From the human T2T-CHM13v2.0 reference genome, Homo sapiens, in assembly GCF_009914755.1 (NCBI RefSeq), contig NC_060934.1: DNA of 64,000 nucleotides; one strand, 5' to 3'. The notes under the pieces are model-generated. The model was given only the letters and a program-made list of their open reading frames with translations, did no database searches and had not been told where the DNA came from. Shown here piece by piece: positions 1 to 13,763 of the stretch. A program made the position numbers and the translations under genes. Numbering within the stretch: position 1 is the stretch's first letter; the number at the start of each line of letters is the position of its first letter.

Positions 1-112
1 ACCGTGCCTGGCCGATTGTCTGTTCTTTTACTTCAGAAAAGACAACGATGCATGGTATTTGACTGTAAATTTGTAAAGTTCACTGAGGTTTTTTTTTTTT
101 TTCCTTTTTAAG

Positions 113-1670
113 ACTTTCTTGTCTGCACAGAAAGTCCCAGTACAACTTCCATTGCTGAGAAAATCCTCAGAGGACTTTCCCACTTCGCTCCTGTGATGGA
201 TGACAGAAGAGTGATTCATTAACAATTGCTCAGCCACAATTCTCGGATATAGGGATTCAAAAGACAGGATACAGAACTAACACAGTGAAAAAAATCAGTA
301 CCACATTTGGACAGTATAGGTGAGAAAACATAATTATAAAAATGATGCCATGAAAAATTCCACAGATCAGTTTAGTTGTATAGTTGTCAAAGTTATATGT
401 GATATCAATGAAGAAATATTTGTAGCATGTAAACGGTTATTTCTGTTTCTTAAAAAGTATTGTTAGTGGGCTATTAAACTTGGATTTTTCTTTTTATTAA
501 TGCAGTATGTTCTTTTTATTCAAGTATGAACTTGTTGAGAAACTATAGTAATATGATTTTTAAGAGATTTATGTTCTACTTAAAATGTGAATTGTACTTC
601 TGAGCTGCCTTAATGCAAGGTCATTTATATTTGTTAAGAGGAAATAATCAAGATCACTCATATCCCAACTGAATCTGAGGTTTTATAAATCCCTCAAACG
701 ATTGCTGAGAGCCTGATTGTGGAAAGAAGTGAGATGCACCTTATTTTCAAGAAGTCCTGGGAAGCGCTCTCCTAGCACGTCCATTTCCAGGAGGAGAAGC
801 AAGCAGATGAGAGGTTTTCCATTTTGTCATCCAAGGTAGCTGTGCACTTGCCTTGTTGCTGAAGTTCCAATAATGTGAAAACCAAAGTAGAGGTTTTTTT
901 CTTCTTCTTTTTGTTTTCTATTAATTTCACTTATACCAAAGTGTTTGAAAGTATGAAATGTGTTGCTTCTGAGTTATATAAGGCTACTTCATGACAAGAC
1001 TGCTTTGTAATATTTCACTTTGTTTTACTACAAATTCAGATCACTTTGTTTTACTATAAATTCAGATTATCCAAATATTTTCCTAATACTATGTGGGAAT
1101 GCTGATTTTCTTTTGTTACGTAGTGGAAACATTTTGCATTGTTTACATAGTTCTCATGGAACATGGAAATTTTTTAAAGTGATATATGATACACATTTTT
1201 TGTGTATGTATTCTAATTAGTGTGAATAAAGCAGTAACATTAATGCATTTTTTAAGCAGCAAACTTATGTATTTCTCTTGTCTTCCTTAAAAGTGTCCCC
1301 ATGAACTCAGTGTTTATTCCCTTTTCATTTTGAGTACCTGCTTATATGGTCAGTATGTAACGTTAGCATTGGCTCCTAATGGTAGAATTAGAACAGCAAG
1401 ATTGTAGAGCTGTAATTGACTCCAGACAACATAGATTTCAGCCACCTCATTCTACAGCTGAGGCCAGGACAATAAATGCCTTTCCCAGACTGGGTAGTGG
1501 CAGATCTGGGATGGAATATGGTTTTCTTGATTCCCTTTCAGCCTTCATTTCTCTCTCTCAGGACTACTACTTTTTAATTACTTTTCACTTAATTTCCCAA
1601 TACTGATGAAATAAAGAAAAATGAGGGTTATTTATATACATTTCAATAAAATCCAATTTGATTTTTCAAC
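113..1670 (+). other. Probable terminal exon and 3' UTR of an upstream, unidentified gene
   Basis: Poly-T pyrimidine tract at 89-109 with candidate acceptor AGs at 111-112 and 129-130. All three frames stop soon after (for example ...KSQYNFHC* at 156-158). About 1.5 kb of AT-rich, repeat-free sequence follows, with AATAAA at 1225, 1471, 1610 and 1645 and a T/GT-rich element at ~1680-1693. Confidence 0.6.
1015..1066. repeat. 26-bp tandem duplication in the putative 3' UTR
   Basis: tcactttgttttactacaaattcaga followed by tcactttgttttactataaattcaga (1 mismatch). Confidence 0.95.
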
Positions 1671-1695
1671 TTACATCTGATTTTTGTTTGTGTCA
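1645..1695 (+). terminator. Polyadenylation signal with downstream U/GU-rich element
   Basis: AATAAA at 1645-1650, then TTTTTTGTTTGTGTC about 30 nt later. Alternative signals at 1225, 1471 and 1610. Confidence 0.55.
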
Positions 1696-1839
1696 TTCAG
1701 CCTGTCTTCTGAGTAATGGGCAGAGAAGGACCAGGGTTCGTAGAAGAAGCATGTGGCAGCTGAGTGGCAGCAGTCTTGCCCTTTCATTTTAATACTTGAG
1801 TACACAGAAAATAGAATTTTTGAGTGACTCTGCCTGTGG

Positions 1840-1900
1840 ATATATATACTCATACATACATATATATATATACACACACACATATGTATGTATGTATGTA
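1840..1900. repeat. Compound (TA)n/(CA)n/(TATG)n microsatellite
   Basis: Seen directly. Confidence 0.9.
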
Positions 1901-2940
1901 TTACTATTCAGTCTCTTAAAAACCAAAAAACAGTAGATCCCCTGAGGGTAGAGTCTTTATGTATGAACATATTGTTCACTGTTGTAACCACCTTGCAGGA
2001 TTTCAGTCTATAAACTAGGTGAGAATCCAGCTGCTGAGTGAAGCTTGATCTCTGCCTCTTCCTCAGGAGCAGCTCATCCCCTGACAACCTCCCCTCCCAG
2101 CCCCTAATCTGGTTTAATGCCCTCCTTTTCCCCAGATAAAGAAAGTCATGTCTGTAGTTATTCCAAAAGTGTTTCATGTGTAGAGTTTGGCACAAAAAGT
2201 AAAAAGCGCCAGCATCTGAAGTCAAAGGTGAAAGAGTCATCACAGTACTGATGAAGACACCCAGGCCTCGTCAGCTATGTTAACGTGCTGTATGACAAGA
2301 GGAACCTGCTTTCTAAGTCTGCTGGACACGCGTGCTTCTTGAATCCAACCAGACAAGCATGTTTTCTCAAAACCACAGTATAAGACAAGGAAACTGCACA
2401 GATTCGAGTGATTTTTGAGGTAAGTATGTTATTGGAAAGGTGTGATCTATATAGAACCCTGTACATGAAAAGGAGGAGATGCCGCTATCTTGGCAGGGAT
2501 GATCATGTATTTGAAATAGTAACTCACAGCATTTGGTCTCATGATAAGAGTACTGAAGATTATCCCAGAAAACCTAGGATGATTGGTATTTATAGTACCA
2601 TTGTTTCAGGTTTTTATGACTTGAGGCATCTAACTATCTTAATGCTGTACTTTAGTGTTTACCAAGCAGCTTTCTGGTGGAAACTTGAACTGCAGACACT
2701 GAGTGTTTTGGTTTTCCTCCAAGTTATAGTTCTCATTGTAACTTAATAAGTTGGCATTCCAGCTTAGTTTGAGTCAGTTTCCCAGGGCTGGGTCCTCAGA
2801 GGAGAGTGGATAGAATTCAGTTCCTCTATGAGCTGGGGTGCTGACATTGTGTTCCTGCTGTTGACTGTCCCTGCGGTGCACGGGACAGACTGTCAGCTAA
2901 CCTGTCTTCATGACATTTCTATAATACTCCTCAGGGGGTT

Positions 2941-3202
<262 letters not shown>

Positions 3203-3589
3203 TCATGTTGTTAACACCAGTGGGAGTTTGGGAAATAATTCCAGCTCTTTAATACTTCTTTCAGCTTCAGATTAAGTGAAATGAGTTTCACATATTTCAA
3301 TATATGAAATTTTATGATGACACATAAAACAGGCCAGGGGTTATTGAGGACACATCTGTGAGATAGTGGGCAATGCTACATATTCGTTAGTGGATGTGCT
3401 GCAGTTCAGGTTCATGGACAGGTGGGACTGGTGTGGTTGGGATAACCCACCATGTTTGTCTTTCATTTCTTGTATAAAGAGTGGTTTTTAAAAGACCTTA
3501 CTATGGAATTTTCACAAATACTCAAAAGTATGGAGAATGGTACAGTGAATCCCCATGTGCCCTTTTCCCAGCTTCAGGGGTGGTGTCAG

Positions 3590-3977
3590 TGATAATGATT
3601 TGGCTCTGTGTCCCCACCCAAATCTCATCTTGAATTGTAATCCCCACGTGTCAGGGGAGGGACCTGGTGGGAGGTGATTGGATCATGGGGGCTGTTTCCC
3701 CATGCTGTTCTTGTGATAGTGAGGGAGTTCTCACAAGATCTGATGGTTTTAAAAGTGGCAGTTTTCCCTGCACTCTCTCCTGCCACCTTGTGAAGAAGGT
3801 GCCTGCTTCCCCTTTGCCTTTCGTCACAATTGTAAGTTCCCCGAGGTTCGTCATGATTGTAAGTTTCCTGAGGTCTCCCCAACCATGCAGAACTGTGAGT
3901 CACTTGAACCCCTTTTGTTTATAAATTGCCCAGTCTCAGGTAGTACCTTGATAGCAGTGTGAAAATGGACTAATACA
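3590..3977 (+). mobile_element. THE1-type (MaLR) solo LTR
   Basis: TG...ggactaataCA ends, THE1 motif ccccacccaaatctcatcttgaattgt, and 5-bp TSD GTCAG on both sides. Confidence 0.92.
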
Positions 3978-4499
3978 GTCAGGGACCTAAAAGACAGGTA
4001 AAGAGATGTGGCCAGGTGAAGACGGAAAAAGGACAGTGCATTCCAGACCTGTGGAAAGACGCGAGGTTGGAAAGAACATCACAACTGGGGCGACTGAAGA
4101 AATTATGTTGTTAAGCACGAAATGCAGAGAGAGAGCTATGTGAATGTGTTGAGTGTGATTTTCATTAAACAATTTTTAAAGAAAGCATTTCTAGTGGTGC
4201 TTTTATTTTTGCAGCCGCTTAATAGCATTCACTCTTGTTGAAAGGAGCACAGTTTGGAATATTGGAAAGTGCTTGCTACCAGCTAAGATGCATTACTCTC
4301 CTATGCCGCTGAACACCTGTGCCCAGCTGTTTCTTTGAGGCCAATTTGCTCCTCTTTTCAGGGTATATTTACTAGTCAGGAGTTGTAAAGCTATTTTGAA
4401 GAGCGCTTCTGACCCCTAGAGCAACTTCAAGTGGAGGAGGCTGTTGTAGTTCCCTGGCTGTTACCTCCTGGAAGAGGCTGGGGAGGGAACTCATGCGTT

Positions 4500-4720
4500 T
4501 TGGGTGCTGACTGTGTCTTAGGCACTGCACAAGCTCTAGCTCATGTGTGTAATCTTTACAGAGGCGATTGAGGGAGTTGTCATCCTTGTTTTACAGAGGC
4601 GATTGAGGGAGTTGTCATCCTTGTTTTACAGAGGAGAGAAGCAAGGCTCGTAGAAGCTACTCATCTTGCCCAAACCTACACAGTTAATGGCAGGGCAGCA
4701 TAAAGAAAGTGTGCTTGTGC
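4500..4720 (-). mobile_element. MIR fragment carrying a perfect 35-bp tandem duplication (4555-4624)
   Basis: MIR-like catccttgttttacagaggag core. The unit tttacagaggcgattgagggagttgtcatccttgt occurs twice plus 10 nt. Confidence 0.7.
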
Positions 4721-4900
4721 CTCAAACATAAAAATAAAGGGAAACCTCTACTATAGAAGGATGTATTTTCAAATACTTACAAATTGCTGCCTCTTTTTGC
4801 AAACATTTAGGCAGTCAAAGCCCATTTTAATTTTTTTTTAAATGTGGGAGTAAAGACCTTGTGTTAATGAAGATCCCCAAATTGTTCTAAACAGTATAAA

Positions 4901-5326
<426 letters not shown>

Positions 5327-6392
5327 TAACTTTTGTAAAAATTCATTTTCTGATACCACTTTTCATTTTCTAACACATTTTAGAATCCAGCCAAATACTT
5401 CTACATTTTTGCCTGTTTTCCAAATCAGTTTTGTCAACATCCGAATCTAGCATGACTGTGACCTTGGATGACTGTGTATGACTATCTCCCTTGGCCATCA
5501 CTTTTTATTGCTGGGGTCCTAAGGAGTTCTACCCTTTATATAATCAGGATAATTTTGTTAAGTGACAATAATAGTCTGTTAACCTCAACTGTTGTCAAAT
5601 ATAATGAGTTTTGAATTGATTTTGAGACTCAATAAAAAAATTAAGTCTTCTCCAGAAGAAACATGTTAAAATTAAGGTTTCAGAATCCTTGGGCATCTCT
5701 GTAGTCGAACACGTGCTGCTTATGTGTAAATAATTAAATTCAGTCTGGTGGCTGGGTTTTAGAGCCATATCTGTCACCACTTTCTTTGGTGCTGAGAGAA
5801 CATCATCAACATTCTACTCCGTGGCATATCTGAAAGTTCTGGAAAGCATTCTTGAATTGCAGGAGGGATCATGGGGAGTCAACTGGAACTAAATTCCCAT
5901 TTGCTAAGATCCAAAAAGAAATGAACATTTAAAAAGTTTTTATTTTATAGATGTTTAAATTTGCATAGTATAAATCCCAACCAGCTTGAAAGTGGTCACT
6001 TTTTATTTTTATGTTGACAGTTAAGTCTCCCGTATTTTTAGCTGTGGAAGAAATTGTACAGATTTTCTTATGGTGAACTTTTAACAACTTAAAAACGTGA
6101 AAAGGACATAAACAGACAATTCAGTAGGAAAAAAAAAACCCAGTTGAAGAAGATGTTCATCCTTATTACTTATCTCAAAAATAAAAATTAAAATTTATAA
6201 AGAGATGTCTTCTTTTTAACTGCTCATATTGGCAAATAAAAAGAGATGGGCCCACAAGCTCATATATTGCTCATGGGAATATCAATTGGTGCTTCTTTTC
6301 TAGAAAATGACTTGGTGTAATATGTATCAAGAGCCTTAAAATGATCTGTGTCTTTTAATCCAATAATTGAACCTTCAGAAATAGAGTCTTTA

Positions 6393-6741
<349 letters not shown>

Positions 6742-7597
6742 TTATTCATCATGGGAAGTTTATAGAGTGGAAACCTGGAAACAAATGTTCAGTGTGGCTA
6801 AATAGGATGGTCAATTTGGTAAGAAACTGGAGGAAAGAAGGGAGGATGCCTTGAAATGTCACAGATTTCTAGTCTTGGTCACAGGTGTCTTATCAGACAA
6901 TAAAATCCCGTGGACACATCAGTGCAAATCTGTTTATTTCTGTAACTATGAAAACAACTCAAATGAACGCTGTTATTGGCAGCTTTGCAGCACCATCTGT
7001 ATAAAGTCAGCACAGCAGACAGAGGCAGAATGCTGCCTGAAATAACAGGGTGGTCACTTGTATGTAAACAGTCCATTCTGGGAGACCAGTGGATGCGCAG
7101 ACGTGTATAGTTTGAACCGTGGCTGGAGTGCAGACTCAGGAATCTGCCAACCAGTCCCAGCCAATCTGAGAAGGGAGGGGGTGTGATTACGGTTGTAGAT
7201 AATGACAAAGCCAGAACTAGGGTCTCAGTCTCCTGTGTCCAGATCCATTCATGTCCACCTCGAGTCCAAAACTGATTAAGAGCTTCATACATCATATTGA
7301 CGTTTGTGGCACAGGAATGGCACAGGCACATTTTACAGGTAAGGAAACAGATTTTAAAAGTTGAGTGACTTGCTCAAGATCACAAAATGATTAAGTGGTA
7401 GGATTGTGGTCAGCGTAGAGAAAGCAAAAATTTAAAAATTAGATGAAAATCCAAAAAAATCCATTATTTATTTTGTTTTATTTATGAATGTTCTCCCAAA
7501 GTTTGGAAAAAATCTCTGAGTGTGTTGATCAAGATTCTGTTTCTAGTGGATTTGGAAGGGAGAGGAATATGTGATTATCTAAAAAAAAGATGATCTC

Positions 7598-8006
<409 letters not shown>

Positions 8007-8227
8007 CACTGCAGTGGTTTTTATAAACATCTTGTTTTTTTCTCTCTGTTGGCTGGTGCTCCCCACCTGTCCAGCAGTCCCGACTTGGTGTTCTGTTCAG
8101 GTCCCACATTCACATTTGAGGGAGCAGGTACATGGTAAGGGTGGCTATATTATCTGATGTAAAATGCAGAGCCTTTAACTTTAGAAGCTTGAGTCGTAGA
8201 TCTACAAGAACTTTAAAAGCATTTTTA

Positions 8228-8513
8228 GGCTGGGTGCTGCAGCTCATGCTTGTAATGCCTGGCACTTTAGGAGGTTAAGGTGGGTGGATCGCTGGAGTTC
8301 AGGAGTTTGAGACCAACTTGGGCAACAGTGAGACCCCGTCTCTACCAAAAAACAAAAAAATAGCTGGGCATGGTGGTGCATGCCTGGGTCCTAGCTACTT
8401 GGGAGCTGAGGCGGGAGGATTGCTTGAGCCTGGGAGTTCAGGGCTGCAGTGAGCTGTGATCACATGGCACTCCAGCCTGGCAAGACCCTGTCTCAGAAAA
8501 AAAAAAAAAAAGA
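8228..8513 (+). mobile_element. AluJ-like element
   Basis: Dimeric Alu with A tail. Confidence 0.92.
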
Positions 8514-9254
8514 AACACTTTTAATAGTTACTAATTATTTCTTTTCTTGGATCATGCTTCCACTTTGCAGATGGCTTTCATGGACTTTACTTCATTTGAC
8601 CTTCGTGCTTATTGAGGGAAGAAGGCAGGACAGGGATGATGGTCTCCATCATTTTATTTTCATTTTTTAAATTGACAAATAAAAATTGTATATATGTTGT
8701 ATGACATGATGGTTTGAAATATGTATACATTGTGGGATGGCCAAATCAAGCTAATTAACATATGCATCACCTCATGTACTTAGATGACCTCCATCTTCGT
8801 AGAAGGGAGAGCTAAGAGTCCCCGAACTGACGCGACTTGTCCAGAGTGACTCAGGCGTGAACGGTGAAGCTGGGACTTGTCTTATATCTTCCTACTCTGG
8901 GTCAAGGCCTTTTCTGTGATACTGTTTTGCTTCTCTATGGAAACAGATTATTGGTAACTGATAGGCCCTAAAATGAGTGAATAGGAAATAGCTCTTGGCA
9001 CTGTGTTGGATTAGAAAATTAGGAAAATGCAAAAAGGCATAAATGAAAAAATAAAAATCACATATATTCTACCCGTGCCATTTTGCATTTTTCCTTATAA
9101 AAATTTGATCACATTATAATCTTTGGAACTTTTTTCCTTTACTAGAATGTGAATTGTTTTCATGTTATTAAAAAAATCTTCTATTAAGATACTAGTTAAG
9201 TAAAAATCCATTTTTACTTAACCAACCCCCTATTTGATCTTTGGATTGTGTCCA

Positions 9255-9693
9255 TGGTATGGTTTGGCTGAGTCTCATCTTGAATTGTAGTTTCCATAAT
9301 CCCACATCTCATCTTGAATTGTAGTTCCCAATTCAAGTCTCCCACCCAAGTCTCATCTTGAATTGTAGTTCCCATAATCCCCACGTGTTGTGGGAGGGAT
9401 CCGGTGGGATATAATTTAATAATGGGGGTGGTTACCCTCATGCTGTTCTCATGAGAGTGAGTTCTCCACAAGATCTGATGGTTTTATAAAGGGCTTTTCC
9501 CCCTTTTGCTCAGCACTTCTCCTTGCTGCTGCCATGTGAAGAAGGATGTGTTTGCTTCCCCTTCTGCCATGATTGTAAGTTTCCTGAGGCCTCCCCAGCC
9601 ATGCTGAACTGTGAGTCAATTAAACCTCTTTCCTTTATAAATTACCCAGTCCTGGGTATGTCATTATTAGCAGTGTGAGAATGGACTAATACA
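9255..9693 (+). mobile_element. THE1-type solo LTR with internal triplication
   Basis: TG...ggactaataCA ends, TSD GTCCA, and tctcatcttgaattgtagtt present three times at 9273-9375. Confidence 0.93.
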
Positions 9694-10849
9694 GTCCAGT
9701 TTTCTAATTATGTGTGTGTGTGTGTCTGTCTATCTGTATCTCTGTGTATGGATAGAAAGATAGATATGTAGATAGATCCACCTTTTGATGAACCTGTTTT
9801 CAGAGAAAGCTTTGTGAATATCTGACTTAGGTTTCAAATTCAGTTTACACTGCACAGGTAAGATTCCTCTGAGATCAAGTGAAATGGGAAGTTGCTAAGG
9901 AAATGAGATTTCCTTCACTTGACTCTGAGTCTTCATTCACCCTCTTTGAAGGCTCATCATTCTCAAGATTTTGTTCCCTGAATGGCAGTGTTGGCATCCA
10001 CCAAAACTCTATGATAAATTTAGAGTTAAACCTCAGCTACTTAGCTAGGTAGTAAAGTGACTTTTCTGTTATTCAACCAAAAATTAATTTTACCAAAGAA
10101 CCCAATGAGAGAGAGAGAGAGAGTGTGTGTGTGTGTGTCACGGAAAGTGTGAATTCTGGAAGGCATTCCATTGAACACAGTGGCTATTTAATACATTTCC
10201 CAGGGCTCTCAAGTCTGATTCAACTAGAAGGAGAGAGTTTACCAAAAGGCAGTAGTTTGTGTCTGAATCCTGGGTTCACCAGTGGATGCTATTTAAATGT
10301 GACTTGCACATATAGTTATGGAATATGTAACTTTTCTGGAAAGGACTAATATTTTAGAAAGTTTTGAATTATCTAGTTTATGCCATGTATGTGATTTGTA
10401 TTATATTTGTTTGTTTTCATTCAGATGCTTGTGTCTTACTTTAGTATTTGATTTGATCGACATAGCTAGTATTAGCAATATTTTAAATCATTTTTGCAGT
10501 ATCGGTGGCATTTTATTAATTTACTTTTATTGTAAAATGAAATTTGCCTTTGAAGATGTCCCTTTATTTTCAGAAAATCTAATTATTAGCTATAGGTATT
10601 ATTTTCCCACAAACCTGTTTAGCTCCTCTAATTTACCTTCCTAAAGCTCTTAAATCCAGATTATGTATATGAGAGGAGAAGAGAGAGATCAGAGTAGTCC
10701 ATCCCCTGTTTCGTCTTGCCAAGAAATCTTGTCTTCCAGATTGTAACTGTTTCCTTGTTGCCTTTTTTTCCCCATCCAATTTTTAGTACCCAGCTTGCCA
10801 CATTTTCAACGGCTAATGCCATGAGGGAGATTTGCACTTTCAGTAATGG

Positions 10850-11930
10850 TGGACTAACTTACTGTATACCAGCCCTCCCACTGAAAACAACTAGAAAATA
10901 TAATGTATGTAAAAAATCTGTTTGAAGGTAGCAGAGCCTCCCAAGGAAGTGAGGACATGAGGGGCCACCATCTCAGAGAGAAAGGAAGCACAGCAAAGTA
11001 AGTATGGCATTTGGTGCCACTTCTCCCTTCGAGGTTACTGCCAAAGCAGAAAGTGGCAAATGAGAGGCTGAAAAGGTGAGAGAAGAGCCTCTGGCACTTA
11101 TAGGATGGAGAAGAGAAAAGCTGTATTTAGGGCACAACAAGCAGACAGAGCTCTGGTATGTACCTTGGGTCTATTTCTTCAGAAGGGGATGAGCCAGAAG
11201 TAGAGAAACCCTCACAAAGACAAGCCCACAGTTAAATCAGCTTAATCATTGATATTATTAGGGTGATCTACGCCTCTTTGAACTGACTTCCAGAAGCAAA
11301 ACAGATTGCTTTTGGGAGGAAGATAACATCACCCAGTGCTTCAAATTACTTCTATAGTTTGCCATACACAATGTCTAATCTACACGACTGAAAACCAAAA
11401 GGAAAAAGCACAGTAAAAACAGATCTACAGTAGATCCAGACATTGGAGGTATTAGACACAGACATTAAGGTAACTGATTAATATCAAGACATTAAATCCA
11501 GTTTAGTGACTTCTAGTAAAGAACTGGAGATAAAAAAGAACTGGATGGAAATTCTAGAACTGAGAAATAGAACAACAGAATTTTGAGGGTTCAATAGTGG
11601 GCTTCACAACAGATAAGGCAGTTGAAGAGACAAATAGTGAATTGGAAGGTAAGTCAAAAAGAAATGGACTGGAGCAGAGAGAGGAAAAGGATTGAAAACG
11701 CAGGAAAGAGTATGTGAGACACACAGGATATGGTGAAAAGTTTCACGTGTGTAACTGGAGTCCTTGAAGGCAGGGAGGACAGAGATTAGGGCAGGAGCAG
11801 TATTTGAAGGGATCGTTAACAAGGATCTTCCAAAACTGGCTCATGGTTTCAGGAAGTACTGTTTACCCTAAGCCGGGCAAGAAAAATGCAAAGAAAACCC
11901 AACACTGAGGCGCATCATGGTAAAATGCTG
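10850..11930 (+). mobile_element. Old L1M 5'/ORF1-region fragment
   Basis: A-rich, degraded ORF1-like motifs (ggaaattctagaactgagaaat, gcaggagcagtatttgaag, cacagtaaaaacagatc). Confidence 0.6.
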
Positions 11931-12919
11931 GGTGGCTTTAAATCACTTCTTAAGTCGTTACTTGACAAAGATGTCTTGTACTGAACAGGCCTTCACATAA
12001 TGGGCAGACACCATTTCTGTGAATTTCCACAGTGGCTTTTATAGCTTTGCCTTTAGAATTCTTCCCAGTCACATCTCTTTTTTGGGGAACACTTCCCAAG
12101 GACCAGCCTTGGCCCTTAGTAAGGTTGCCGTGCATGCACAACTAGTGTCCTCTGTGCACCTTTGTCTGTAATTCTAGGGGAGAAACAGTGCCACTGCCTC
12201 ATCTGCCCCAACAGTTCTTTCACTGTGTCATATCACTGAGGAGTTGGATGGGGTGTAGGCCAGTGGCTAAGAGCACAGGCTGGAAACAGACTACCTATGT
12301 CTGATCAAGCTCTTGTTCCAACACTTACTCATTGTATAATCTTGGACTAGCTACCTCGTCCTAGCTTTAGTGTACTAAGTGTACAAGAAGGGTTATAACA
12401 TTCCTTACTTTTTAGGGCTATTACGAGATTTAAATGAGCCCATGGGTGTATGTGTTTTACATATAGAAAACAATTAATAGATGGGCTTATTTTTAAATCT
12501 CCTTGACCCATTTCTTGAACCATATATTTCTCCCTTAATAATAGCTGAGGCTTCTTCAAACTTTTTATGCCTGGTTTGGTCCAGTGGGAACTGAACATGA
12601 AAGGAGAGGAGATGGTGTACATTTTATATCAGAGCAGAGAGCTTAAAAATTAATCTCTTTAAGTATGTACAAGAGTTGGTGAACTTCACTCTTTAAAGGA
12701 GGAAGTGAACATGAAGTCTGAAAAGTTTCCAGAGTTAGAGAAGGCAGACCCTGATAAAACACCTGGATAGGTTAAAGGATTTTCTCCTTATAGTAAAAGT
12801 TAACTTTTCTGACCCAATTTAAATTTGATTTCCTGTTTCTGCCTTAAAAAAAATTGATGCATAGAATGCACCATCTTCTGTATCAGAAAATTCTTTCATA
12901 ACAATTTCCATTAATGGAA

Positions 12920-13492
12920 TCATTTCTTCCTCCCTCCCTCCGTTCCTCCCTTCCTTCCCTCCTTTCCTCCCTCCCTCCTTCCTTCTTTCCCTCCCTCCCT
13001 CCTTCCTTCCTTCTTTCCCTCCCTCCCTCCTTCCTTCTTTCCTTCCTTCCTCTTCCTCCCTCCCCCCTTCTCCTTCCTTCCCTCCTTCCTTCCCTCCTTC
13101 CTTCCCTCCTTCCTTCCCTCCTTCCTTCCCTCCTTCCTTCCCTCCTTCCTTCCCTCCTTCCTTCCCTCCTTCCTTCCCTCCTTCCTTCCTTCCTTCCTTC
13201 CCTCCTTCCTTCCCTCCTTCCTTCCCTCCTTCCTTCCCTCCTTCCTTCCCTCCTTCCTTCCCTCCTTCCTTCCCTCCTTCCTTCCCTCCTTCCTTCCCTC
13301 CTTCCTTCCTTCCTTCCTTCCTTTCTTCCTTCCTCTTCCTCCTTGCCCCCCCTCCTCCCTCCCTCCCTTCCTCCCTTCCTCTCTTCCTGCTTTTTTCCTT
13401 TTCTTCTTTCTTTTCTTTTCTCTTTTCTTCCTTTCCTTCCTTCCTCTCCTTCCTTTCCTTCCTTCCTTCTTTCTCTTTCTTTCTTTCCTTTC
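12920..13492. repeat. ~570-bp polypyrimidine/polypurine (CCTT/CCCT) tract grown from an Alu tail
   Basis: Almost purely C/T on the + strand, with a 12-mer unit CCTCCTTCCTTC. Contiguous with the minus-strand Alu at 13493. Confidence 0.97.
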
Positions 13493-13763
13493 TCACGCTG
13501 TTGCCCAGGCTGAAGTGCAGTGGTGCAGTGATAACTCACAGTAACATCAACCTCCTGCACTCAAGCAATCTCCTACCTCAGTCACCTGAGTAGCTGGGAC
13601 AACAGGAGCGTGACACCATGCCTGGCTGATTTTTAAAATTTTTTTTTATACAGATGGGGTCTTGCTATGTTGCCTAGGTTGGTCTTTGAACTCCTGAGCT
13701 CAAGTGATCCTCCTGCCTCAGCTTCTCAAAGTGCTGGGATTACAGGCGTGAGCCACAGTGGCC
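13493..13763 (-). mobile_element. AluJ-like element
   Basis: ctgttgcccaggctgaagtgcagtgg...gggattacaggcgtgagccac. Confidence 0.92.

Noticed and set aside
113-1670. Assigning a gene symbol to the terminal exon
   Set aside because: Too little coding sequence and an unknown frame. I do not recognise it with confidence.
12819-13560. Three 199-225 aa ORFs (EGGK / REGR / LPSL repeats)
   Set aside because: They are translations of a stop-free CCTT microsatellite in an Alu tail, not genes.
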